From a bacterium (GTDB lineage: Bacteria; Eisenbacteria; RBG-16-71-46), in assembly GCA_043779265.1 (NCBI GenBank), contig JAYWEM010000032.1:1-28640 (forward strand): a stretch of DNA of 28,640 nt, given 5' to 3'. Shown here one piece after another: positions 20,474 through 28,640 of this stretch. Made by a program: the position numbers and the translations under genes. Under the pieces are notes generated by a model that was not told the DNA's origin, ran no database searches, and was given only the letters and a program-made list of their open reading frames with translations. The stretch's first letter is position 1, and each line of letters starts with the position of its first letter.

Positions 20474-22621
20474 TCACGGCAGCCGGACCAGACGACGGGT
20501 CTCGATGCGGCCCTCGATCGAGCGCACGCGCACGACCTGCAGGCCGGGCTTGGTCGGACGGCCCGCCGAGTCCCGGCCGTCCCAGTTCGCCTCGCCGGGC
20601 CCGGCGTCCCACGCCCGCAGCAGGCGCCCCTGCGCATCGAGCACGGAGATGCGCGCGGCGTAGGGCAGATGCAGGGTGACTGCGCCGCGGAACGGGTTGG
20701 GCCCCGCGCGGAACGTCAGCGGTACCGTGCCGGGCGGCGTCCCCGTCGAGCCCCCGCCCTGGCGATCGGTCCGCCCGAGGACGGTGAACCCGAAGCGCAC
20801 GTTGCTCGGTGCGAGCGGCACGTGGAGGTCATCGCAGGTCTCGCACGAGTCGCGCGTGATGCGATAGAGGTAGCCGCGCAGCGTGAACGTGCGCCCGTGC
20901 TGCGCCACCACTTCGGCGCTCGGCGTGAAATAGGGCAGGCGGAAGTCACCGCGCACCGCGAACGTGCCGCCGACGCGTGGCCAGACCTGGAGCGAGTCGA
21001 TCAGCGAATCGGGGACGGTCACGGTCGCGTAGGCCGCGATGCGCGTGGCCGGCTGGCTGCCGGGATGCAGCGGCAACGTGCCGAGCGTGCCCTCGCCCAC
21101 TTCGAGCGTGCCGGGGATCTCACCCACCAGGCGATCGGCGACGACCTCGTCGTGCCAGATCCCGACCTCGGGACGCACCGCCCGCAGTGCACGTGCGACG
21201 TTGATTCGGCCCCATCCGGTCTGCGCATCGGGCCCCGAGGGCGGCAGGTCATCGGCCGTCTGACGCAGGATGCGCTGGAAGTCGGTGTCGATCAGTTCGG
21301 GCCGCACGCTCGCCAACAGCCCCACCGCCGCGGTGACGAACGGGGCCGCGAACGACGTTCCCGAGGCGGCGACGTAGCCCGGATACGAGGCACCCGCCCA
21401 ACTCGGGTAGCTCATGAACGTGGTCCAGATCCCGCTTCCCGGTGCGACCAGGTCGAGCCCCGGGCCATACGAGGAGAAGGCGGCGCGCTCATCGCGCGAG
21501 TCGCTGGCGCCGACCTGGATCGCCAGTCCCTCGGCGGCATAGGCGGCCGGGTAGTGGGCGAGCGTCGGTGCGCTGGTGCCTCGGTTGCCGCTCGCCGCCA
21601 CCACGACACACCCGCGCAGCAGCGCGTAGGTCAGCGAGGAGCGTTCGACTCGGCTCGCACTGGTCCCTGCGAACGACAGATTCATCGCGCGCGCTCCGAC
21701 GTGAGCCGCGTGGATGGCCGCCCGCGAGATGTCCCACGAGGAGGCGTAGCCCGAGTGGCCCGCCGCGATCTTGATCGGCACCAGCGTGCAGCCCGAGGAC
21801 AGCACGCCATCTCCTCCCGCCAGTCCGGCGACGCCTCCACCCGCGACGCGCGGTCCGTCGTTGGTGCGCGCGCTCATCACGCCCGCGACCGGCGTGCCAT
21901 GGCCGAAACTGTCGGTTACCGCGGGGACGGGTTCGTTGGTGACGTTGATCGCGTCGGCGATCCGCGGCCCGCCCATGAAGCGCGCTCCCCCCAGCTCGGG
22001 TTGCGCAGGATCGATGCCGGTGTCGGCGACGGCGATGCGGATGCGTTCATCGCCCGTCGTCACGCGCCACGCCTCGAGCGCCTGGACGTCAGCCCGCAGC
22101 ACCCCGCCGCCGATCGTGCCGGGTCCGGCGTTCCACAGCCCCCACTGGCGTGTGTCGCGCAGGTGCGGGTCCGAGGGGAGCGAGTCGAGCGGGAAGTTCG
22201 CCCGCTGGGATGGGGTTGCGGCGGTGAGTTCGGTCATCTCGAGCGACCGCGTGACAAGCGGCTCCGCCCAGTCGACGAGCGGGTCGTCGGCAAGCGCCCG
22301 CAGCGCATGTGTGGCGAGCGCGGAGTCGGGCGCTTCGAGGAGCACGATCCGCGCCGGGTCGAACCCGTACTCACGTGGCAGCGCGAACGTCTCGTGCGCC
22401 TGCGTGGCGAGGGGCGAGGGCGCCAGTCCATCGAGGAGCGATCGCTCGAGGCGCAGGCCGAGCGCCGCCAGGCGCGGCGCGGCACGCCGTGCAGCAGTGG
22501 TGCCCGCCTCGGAATCGCTCCGAGCGGCGAGTTGGACGACGATGAAGCGCGCGGTGTCGGCGCGCGAGATCGCAGGCACGAGCAGCGAGAGGCAGAGCAG
22601 CAACGAAGCGACGCGGGACAT
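20474..22621 (-). CDS. Secreted S8 (subtilisin-like) serine peptidase with FlgD-Ig/CTD-like tail
   Basis: ATG 22621 after GAGG, with a signal peptide. Catalytic triad VADTG / HGTPVAG / GTSFAAP, oxyanion ASGN, and C-terminal PNPF..D.QGR..WDGRD. Confidence 0.93.
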   Translation of the reverse strand: MSRVASLLLCLSLLVPAISRADTARFIVVQLAARSDSEAGTTAARRAAPRLAALGLRLERSLLDGLAPSPLATQAHETFALPREYGFDPARIVLLEAPDSALATHALRALADDPLVDWAEPLVTRSLEMTELTAATPSQRANFPLDSLPSDPHLRDTRQWGLWNAGPGTIGGGVLRADVQALEAWRVTTGDERIRIAVADTGIDPAQPELGGARFMGGPRIADAINVTNEPVPAVTDSFGHGTPVAGVMSARTNDGPRVAGGGVAGLAGGDGVLSSGCTLVPIKIAAGHSGYASSWDISRAAIHAAHVGARAMNLSFAGTSASRVERSSLTYALLRGCVVVAASGNRGTSAPTLAHYPAAYAAEGLAIQVGASDSRDERAAFSSYGPGLDLVAPGSGIWTTFMSYPSWAGASYPGYVAASGTSFAAPFVTAAVGLLASVRPELIDTDFQRILRQTADDLPPSGPDAQTGWGRINVARALRAVRPEVGIWHDEVVADRLVGEIPGTLEVGEGTLGTLPLHPGSQPATRIAAYATVTVPDSLIDSLQVWPRVGGTFAVRGDFRLPYFTPSAEVVAQHGRTFTLRGYLYRITRDSCETCDDLHVPLAPSNVRFGFTVLGRTDRQGGGSTGTPPGTVPLTFRAGPNPFRGAVTLHLPYAARISVLDAQGRLLRAWDAGPGEANWDGRDSAGRPTKPGLQVVRVRSIEGRIETRRLVRLP

Positions 22622-22731
22622 CGGAACCTCGTGATGCGGGGCGGGACTCCCGGGGGCAAGTGCGTGGACCCTAGCGAGTCGCGGGGCGACTCCGCCATGG
22701 GCATGGCGTCGCCACATCGGCCACGCGGGAG

Positions 22732-23616
22732 TCAGCGCAGGTCGGTCGACTCGAAACGCGAGCGCGCGCGTGAGGACAGGCGCAGCTCATCGATCGTGCC
22801 GTGGAACCCGTAGAACTGCTCCTCGATCGCGCCCGGCTCGAGTCGCAGGTCGCCGCCGAAGTCGGTCAGTCGTCTCGCGTCATAGGTGTTGCCGATCGTG
22901 AGCGGCGCGGCACTCGCCCGGATACCGCCCACCATCACCTGCTGGGCGTCGAGCCGGCCGTCGATGTAGATCTGCACCACTTCGCCATCCAGCGTCGCGG
23001 CGACGTGCGTCCAGCGTCCGATCGGGAGTGTCGAGGTCGAGGCGAAGCCGCGCGCCCCGGCGGCGAGGTCCGGCAGCACGCCGAACACGAGGCGCCCGGT
23101 CGGCACGCCGGTCACCACGTCGCGGAACCAGCCGGGACTCTCCTGACGCACCGCCGGGTAGAGGAGCTTCTGCCCCGTCATGCCGAGTACCCAGCTCTGC
23201 TCGTTGGGGGCGCCATTCCAGCGCGCCGCGATGACCTGCAGCTCGTGCGCGATGTGCGACTGCGGCAGGACCCAGGCTTCGACGCTGAAGCCGCGCGCCG
23301 ACTCGAGGACCGGGTTGTCGCGGACATGGACGAACGACTGGGGCGTGCGAGTGAACGTGCGGCCGCCGCGGAACCGCCCGAAGTCGGCGCGCGTGTCGAT
23401 GCCGGCGATTCCGTCGAGCTGGAACGGACCGGCGTCGGCGCTGCGCTGGCCGCCGGACTCATCGAGCCGCCACAGCGCGATCGTGACCGAATCCGCATCG
23501 GGCGCCGACGGCGCGGTTCTCGCGACCGGCACCGCTTTGGCACCCTCGCCGCCGCGGGCAGCGGCACAACCGGATGCAGCGAGGAGCGTCAGCAGCAACA
23601 GAGCGAGGCGGCGCAT
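22732..23616 (-). CDS. LamG/concanavalin A-like domain lipoprotein
   Basis: Lipobox ASGC, then LWRLDE, FSVEAWV, WTHVAATLDG..IYIDG and FHGTIDELRL. Confidence 0.87.
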   Translation of the reverse strand: MRRLALLLLTLLAASGCAAARGGEGAKAVPVARTAPSAPDADSVTIALWRLDESGGQRSADAGPFQLDGIAGIDTRADFGRFRGGRTFTRTPQSFVHVRDNPVLESARGFSVEAWVLPQSHIAHELQVIAARWNGAPNEQSWVLGMTGQKLLYPAVRQESPGWFRDVVTGVPTGRLVFGVLPDLAAGARGFASTSTLPIGRWTHVAATLDGEVVQIYIDGRLDAQQVMVGGIRASAAPLTIGNTYDARRLTDFGGDLRLEPGAIEEQFYGFHGTIDELRLSSRARSRFESTDLR

Positions 23617-25721
23617 CAGGGCGTCCCACCGAGATGCCGGAGTCGGCTTGCGGCGACTTCAGCCGCGGCGCGATCGCCCGCCTTGAGGAACACCGCCACC
23701 ATGGCCTGCAAGGTCGCTGGGTCCTGCATCTCGGCGAGCAGCGGCCTCCAGGTGGCTGCGGCATCCGCCGAGTGCCCCTGTGCGTGAAGCGCCCAGCCGA
23801 GTCCCTGCGTCAGGCTCGGGTCGCCGGGGTTGCGCGACAAAATCGCCCGGAACTCCTTCTCGGACTCCTGCGCGCGGCCGGTGCGCAGCAGGTTGTCGGC
23901 GAACAGCATGCGCACGCCGTCGTCGTCGCCCGCAAGAAGGAGGGCCTCGTCGAGGTAACGCTGGGCGAGGTCGTGGCGGCCCTTCTCGCGCTCCCACATC
24001 GCGAGGATCAGTCGCGAGCGAACGTCATCGTGCTTCACCTCCACAGCAGCCCTCGCGTTGTGGATGCCGCGTTGGATGATGTCGCGGTACCACTCGGGCA
24101 TCCGCCCGAACTCGGGGCCGACCTCGTAGAGCACCGCCGGGTGGTCGCGGCTCACGGCGCGCACCGTCAGACCCGGAACATGCGCCGAGGTGTCGAGCAG
24201 GAACGCGTAGTGCGGCCGCAGTTCGAGTTCCAGCCACGAGTAGTAGATCCAGCGCACGCGCTGCTCGTGCACATAGGTCGCGAGCGTGGGCAGCGAATCG
24301 GTGAACGGGAACGAGAGCGGCGTGATCCCCGCGTGGAATGCGAAGTGCGCTTTGCGCGCCAGCACTCGATCTCCCGCGTTCATGCTCGGCCGCATCCGAT
24401 CCGCGATCTCTCTCGCCTCCCTCGGGAGCTGATCGAGCGTGCGCGTCGTGGCCTTGGCGTTAGCGGAGAGCGTCAGCGCCAGAGGCACCAGTACGAGCCA
24501 GGGTTTGAGCCAGGCTCCGCCTGGCCCGATGGGCAGGGCGAAGCGCGGCGAGGCGAGCAGCAGCGCCGCCAACGTCGCCCACGCCGGCAGCAGGGCCATC
24601 GAGTAGCGCGGGCTGTGGAAGACCGGCACCAGCAGCACATAGAGGAGGATCGAGAACGCGAGCAGCGGGGCCAGGCGCTTGAGCGCGCCGCCACGCCACG
24701 CGAGCACGAACCCCAGCAGCGCGGGCACGACGACCGCCCACCCTGCGACGTCGCGCATGTCGAACAGCGCGTGCTCGCGGAGATTCACCCACAGGCGCTC
24801 GATCACCAGGCCCGGATGCCTCTCGAACACGGACATCAGCGTCGGGAATTGCGACTGCAGATCGCGCTGGTAGAGATCCCACGGGATCCCCTGCCACTTG
24901 GCATGGGCGTCGTAGGCGAGGTTGTGGTGGAGCTGCATCGTGAACTTCTGGCCGCTGGCGAGCGAGATCGCCACCCAGGGCAGGACGATCACGGCGAACC
25001 CCAGGAGGAACTGGCCGATCGCGCCGAGACGCTTGGCGCGAGCGAGCCCGGTCCAGCCGAGCGCCAGAGCAAGCAGCGCCGCCGGCACCATCACGATGCC
25101 GGTGTAGCGCGTGAGGAACGAGAGCCCGACGAGCAGGCCGGCGACGAGCAGCCCGCTGCGGCCGAGCGCGCCCAGCAGGGCGGCGAAGGCCGCCCCGAGC
25201 AAGCCGAACGCCAGTGCGTCCGTGCTCGCCGACCACGCGTAGCGGAAGATCTGGGCGTTGGCCGCGAGCAGCACGAGCGCGAGGAGTGCGGCGAGCGGCG
25301 AGGTCTGGGCGCGGATGGCGCGATGCCATGCGAAGAGCCCGAGCGTCATGGCCGAGACGGAGATCAGCTGGGCCGCGATGAACAGGTCCCATACGACGAA
25401 CCCGACCAACCCCAACGTCAGTTCGAACACGGGTCCGATGACGCCGTAACGCGAGGGGTCGACGTGGAGTCGCTGCCAGTGCTTGGCACCCTCGGCGTAG
25501 GCGCCGTAGAAGTCGGTCTCGGTGAACACGTCGCCCACGGTGTGCGGGCCGAAGACCATGGCGAGCGATAGGATCGCGAACAGGCCGAGCACGACGAGCG
25601 CGGCGCGATCGGCCCACGGGGCGATCGCCTCGGCCGCCGCGTGAAGCGAACGGGCGACTGCGGGGCGGGGCGGCGGCGCGCTCTTGGGAGCGGACGAACG
25701 GCGGTCGCGGCTAGGGCTCAT
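23616..25721 (-). CDS. GT-C fold glycosyltransferase (ArnT/PMT-like) with C-terminal TPR-like repeats
   Basis: Many TM segments, an acidic first loop ETDFY, ASTD, GLSFLTRY.G and PRY motifs. The C-terminal helical region (LGWALHAQG...A...W) is TPR-like. TGATG overlap with the LamG gene. Confidence 0.8.
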   Translation of the reverse strand: MSPSRDRRSSAPKSAPPPRPAVARSLHAAAEAIAPWADRAALVVLGLFAILSLAMVFGPHTVGDVFTETDFYGAYAEGAKHWQRLHVDPSRYGVIGPVFELTLGLVGFVVWDLFIAAQLISVSAMTLGLFAWHRAIRAQTSPLAALLALVLLAANAQIFRYAWSASTDALAFGLLGAAFAALLGALGRSGLLVAGLLVGLSFLTRYTGIVMVPAALLALALGWTGLARAKRLGAIGQFLLGFAVIVLPWVAISLASGQKFTMQLHHNLAYDAHAKWQGIPWDLYQRDLQSQFPTLMSVFERHPGLVIERLWVNLREHALFDMRDVAGWAVVVPALLGFVLAWRGGALKRLAPLLAFSILLYVLLVPVFHSPRYSMALLPAWATLAALLLASPRFALPIGPGGAWLKPWLVLVPLALTLSANAKATTRTLDQLPREAREIADRMRPSMNAGDRVLARKAHFAFHAGITPLSFPFTDSLPTLATYVHEQRVRWIYYSWLELELRPHYAFLLDTSAHVPGLTVRAVSRDHPAVLYEVGPEFGRMPEWYRDIIQRGIHNARAAVEVKHDDVRSRLILAMWEREKGRHDLAQRYLDEALLLAGDDDGVRMLFADNLLRTGRAQESEKEFRAILSRNPGDPSLTQGLGWALHAQGHSADAAATWRPLLAEMQDPATLQAMVAVFLKAGDRAAAEVAASRLRHLGGTP

Positions 25722-25789
25722 GGGCGCTGCTCAAGGGGCAGGGGTCCGATCATGGGCGGCGAGTGTAACCCGAACTCGCTGGCTGCAAT

Positions 25790-25829
25790 GGAATCGGCGA
25801 CCCGAGCATGAAGCTCGAGCCGCCGTTCC
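25790..25829 (-). terminator. Hairpin downstream of the PEP-CTERM gene (terminator or mRNA stabiliser)
   Basis: Minus strand CGGCGGCTCGAGC-ttcat-GCTCGGGTCGCCG is a 13-bp stem whose two non-Watson-Crick pairs are G-U only on the minus strand. The U-tract is weak. Confidence 0.5.
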
Positions 25830-25914
25830 GGGAGGGACTTGTCCGTCGGTTCAACTCACCCGCCGCAGGCCGGCGCTCACGTGGGGAGTGAGGAACACCG
25901 GTCCCGCGGGGGGA

Positions 25915-26217
25915 TCACTCAGCGTTGTTGCGACGACGACGCGCAGCGGCGCCGAGGGCGATGAGGCCCATGGACGCGAGCGCCATCGTTCCAGGCTCGG
26001 GCACCGGACGAACCGGGTCGTTGTCGTCGCCATTGCCGGCGCGACGGCGGCGGCCGATGTTGTCGTCGGCCGTACCGAGATCGGAGCCCGAGCGGGGACC
26101 GTTGTTGTAGTAGGTCGAGACCTCGCCCCCATCCTTGGTCTGCGCGTGAACCGCGGCAGGTACCGAGATGGAGGTGAGGGCGACAACAGCCACGAGTAGA
26201 GTCATGAACTTCTTCAT
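25915..26217 (-). CDS. Very small PEP-CTERM sorting-domain protein
   Basis: 100 aa: signal peptide ending VHA, a 46-aa polar region, then VPEPGTMALASMGLIALGAAARRRR. GGGAGA SD upstream. Confidence 0.92.
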   Translation of the reverse strand: MKKFMTLLVAVVALTSISVPAAVHAQTKDGGEVSTYYNNGPRSGSDLGTADDNIGRRRRAGNGDDNDPVRPVPEPGTMALASMGLIALGAAARRRRNNAE

Positions 26218-26271
26218 GGATTGTCTCCCAGGGGTTGAGGAGGCAGGGGGGGCGGGTTACCAGTGATGTAG

Positions 26272-26287
26272 TGCAATGACCGCGCCA
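26272..26287 (-). promoter_or_regulatory. Sigma-54 (-24/-12) promoter of the PEP-CTERM gene
   Basis: Minus strand TGGCGC-GGTCA-TTGCA matches TGGCAC-N5-TTGCW at all but one position with exact spacing, 54 nt upstream of the ATG. Confidence 0.85.
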
Positions 26288-26384
26288 TGCTCGTGCACTA
26301 GTCTCTAAACGCCTGCCGCCCAACGCTCAACAGCGGTAATGCGGCGCCGACCGAGCCGCCCGGAGTAGGCTGATTTTGTAGAAC

Positions 26385-26401
26385 TGTCGCCCTTACCGAC
26401 A
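26385..26401. promoter_or_regulatory. Putative enhancer-binding-protein site (TGT-N11-ACA)
   Basis: Palindrome TGTCG-cccttac-CGACA about 100 bp upstream of the sigma-54 -24 element. Confidence 0.6.
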
Positions 26402-26436
26402 CCCGTTCGGGGCATTCGGCCCACTGGAGGGAAGCG

Positions 26437-26631
26437 ATGCGTGAGGCGGTCGGACTCTGCAGCCGCTGCCAGCACGCGCAGCGCGTGGCCACGCCGCGCA
26501 GCGAGTTCTGGCTGTGCGGACTCTCCCGCACCGATGCGCGCTATGAGCGCTATCCGCGACTGCCCGTGATCGCGTGCGAGGGTTTCGAGCCGCTGCGCGA
26601 GGATGAAGCGCCGCCCGAGGACGGCGTCTAG
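26437..26631 (+). CDS. Small Cys4 hypothetical protein (possible metal-binding)
   Basis: GGAGG SD. 64 aa GLCSRCQHA..SEFWLC..S..D..Y.RYPRLPV..C.GF. The ORF fills the gap and overlaps the convergent stop (CTAG). Confidence 0.75.
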   Translation: MREAVGLCSRCQHAQRVATPRSEFWLCGLSRTDARYERYPRLPVIACEGFEPLREDEAPPEDGV

Positions 26632-28586
26632 GGCAGCACGGCCACGCGCGCGACGCGGCTGTGGCCGCCCGCTTCGAGCCTCACGAAGTAGAGCCCGGCG
26701 GCGACCGCGCGTCCGGCATCATCGCTCGCACTCCACGTGAGCGAGTGCCGGCCGGGCGACCACGCGCCCCGGGCGAGCATCGTGACCAAGCGGCCGGAGA
26801 GGTCGTGCACGCTCAGCGCGATGCGCGAACGCCGGGGCAGATCGAACGCCAAAGTCGTGACGCGGCGCAGCGGATTGGGGCTCGGCGGATGCAGCGCGAA
26901 GGCGGTCACCGGACTCCCGACCGAGAGTGCGCCGCCCGAGACGCGAGCGCGCAGCGTGACCGAGAGGGCTCCCTGCACGGCGGCGCCGGGCAGTGGTTCG
27001 TCGGACGACGAGATCATCAGCGTCGCCTCGTACGTGCTGTCGAGCGTGGCGCCCGAGTCATCGAACGCGAGCGGCAAAGTCTGGCCGATACCGGCGAGCA
27101 ACGCCGGTGTGAAGCCGCCCGGGATCGAGAAGCGCCCCGCGCCGCCCTGGATGACCGCGCTGTCGGTGGAGAGCCGCGCCCGCAGCGCGTGATAGCCCAG
27201 GTTGTGCACGCGAGCGGACTGGATGGCGAACTCGCCCGAGACGTGCTCGCCGAAGTCGACGAGTCCGTCGGTGACGAGCGAGACGGAGTCGAGTGAGGCC
27301 GCGGCGTGCTCGAGCACGCGACCCGAGAGCTGGACCTGCTTGGCGGTGGTGTCCACGTCGTCACTGCTGACGCTCAACGCTCCCGACTTGATCCCCGTAC
27401 TGGCCGTGCTCATCGAGATCGCATGCAGGTTGGCGGCCGCTCCCGCCTGCACCTGGAACGCGCCGCCGGGCGCGCCGAAGCCGGCGGGCGCGCTGAGCGT
27501 TTAGTCGAGCTCATCGCCCGGAAGTGGCGCGCTGTTGCCGACGCTCAGGTTGGCCGAGGCCGTGCCGCCGACGATCGCATCGCCGAACGCGAGCGCGTGC
27601 GCCGAGGCGACGCGCGCTGGAAGCTGCAGCGTCATGATCACCGGCAGGTGGTCGCTGGAGAGGCGCAGTGCCGTGGCCACGACGTTGCCGACGGCGAAGT
27701 TGGTGTTGGAGTCGATGTTGTCGTTGTAGTGGAAGCCGTCATTGCCGAACGCGCCGTAGCCGCCGGGGAGCAGTCCCGGGACGACATCCAGTCCCTCGCC
27801 ATTGAACAGGTTCGTGCTCGCGAGCAGCATGTCGAATCGGTCATCCATGCCGCCACCCGAGAACCCGGCCGTGCAGCCGCTGGTGTTGCAGGGGCACTGC
27901 GTGTGGTGAATGGCGTTCGACGGGCTCTGCCAGGTCGCCGTCATGCTGATGGGGTCCTGCATGCGGCCCGTGTTGTTGGCCTGCGACTCGGTGAGACGGA
28001 TGTACCCGCCCTCCCAGGCACCGTAGAAGTTCATGTCGCCGAGGACGATGAGGTTCGTGCCCACGGGGGCGGCGTTCATATGATTGCGGATCGTGGTGCA
28101 CTCCACGCGCCTCGTGGTCGAGTCCGATGGCGTGATCGCCCCATTGCCCGCCTTCAGGTGCAGCGAGTAGACGCGGAACTGCGAAGCCGTGGCCTTGTAG
28201 CCGTGCGGCCTGATCACCGCGACCAGTGCGAGTCTCGGCCCGCCTGTGGCCAGCGCCACCAGGTTCGAGTGCGTCACGAGGAGCGAGTCGTAGTAGAGAG
28301 CGCTCTCGGTGGTGGCGATGAACGTGCCGGCCCCGCCCTTCCAGACCTTCGCGGGCCATGTCGCTTTGAGCACATGGAGGAACGAGTCCGCTCCCGCAGC
28401 GGTCTTCAGCTCCTGCACCATCAGCACATCGGTGTCGAGCGCGGCCATCACCGTGCGGAAGTGCGGCTGCCGCCCGGCGAGCGTGAAGTTGGGGTAGTCG
28501 AGCAGGTTGTAGGTCGTCACGCGCAGCGCGTGCGCGGGGGCCGCTGCGGCCAGGAGCAACAGCAGCGACATCAGCCAGCGTCTCAT
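26628..28586 (-). pseudogene. Secreted endonuclease/exonuclease/phosphatase (EEP) protein with Ig-like domains and FlgD-Ig/CTD tail, interrupted by one in-frame TAA at 27501-27503 (nonsense mutation or sequence error)
   Basis: GGAGG SD and ATG 28586. EEP motifs TTYNL, VQEL, HLKAG, GDMN, RFDM and SDHLPV. ORFs 27501..28592 and 26628..27452 are in the same frame, reading DELD*TLSAPAGF. The tail reads PNP..F.LP..HDLSGR..GLYFVRL. Confidence 0.8.
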
Positions 28587-28640
28587 GGCCACCTCCTGCT
28601 TCCGGATGAGGCGATCAGCGCACGATCGCGAGGCGGGCGG

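Noticed and set aside
26295..26384. IHF site between the enhancer and the sigma-54 promoter
   Set aside because: Only weak partial matches to WATCAAnnnnTTR, so it cannot be supported.
27501..27503. Programmed recoding (selenocysteine/pyrrolysine) or an alternative genetic code at the internal stop
   Set aside because: The codon is TAA, not TGA or TAG, it is a single instance, and all other genes read normally under code 11.

Overview
A very GC-rich bacterial window, densely coding, with about 24 genes and no rRNA, tRNA, CRISPR array or transposase that I can see. From left to right: (1) 1-7373 is a divergent aromatic-acid CoA-catabolism cluster of the 2-aminobenzoyl-CoA/salicylyl-CoA monooxygenase type. 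It has a flavin monooxygenase truncated by the window edge, acyl-CoA dehydrogenase, crotonase, an SDR-Rid fusion, a creatininase-family amidohydrolase, an aryl-CoA ligase and a thiolase. (2) 7424-8253 is a small helical protein plus a nucleotidyltransferase resembling a MenA1/MenT1-type toxin-antitoxin pair. (3) A TlpA-like thioredoxin lies divergent from a TSP3/OmpA-C protein. (4) A MoxR-DUF58-BatA/vWA operon has an APC permease and an unknown protein interleaved. (5) A minus-strand run of exported or envelope proteins follows: a galactose-oxidase-like protein, a BNR lipoprotein, an S8 protease, a LamG lipoprotein, a GT-C glycosyltransferase with TPR, and a tiny PEP-CTERM protein with a clear sigma-54 promoter and upstream palindrome. 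(6) A small Cys4 protein and an EEP nuclease/phosphatase gene interrupted by one in-frame TAA close the window. Three proteins end in a FlgD-Ig/T9SS-CTD-like tail; together with the GC content this suggests an FCB-related candidate phylum such as Ca. Eisenbacteria (inference). The most unusual items are the galactose-oxidase-like protein, which carries a complete six-repeat kelch propeller nested inside it and appears to lack the Cys-Tyr radical cofactor, the sigma-54-driven micro-PEP-CTERM gene at the head of the surface-protein run, and the apparently leaderless MenAT-like module. All family calls come from motif recognition by eye; no database searches were run.
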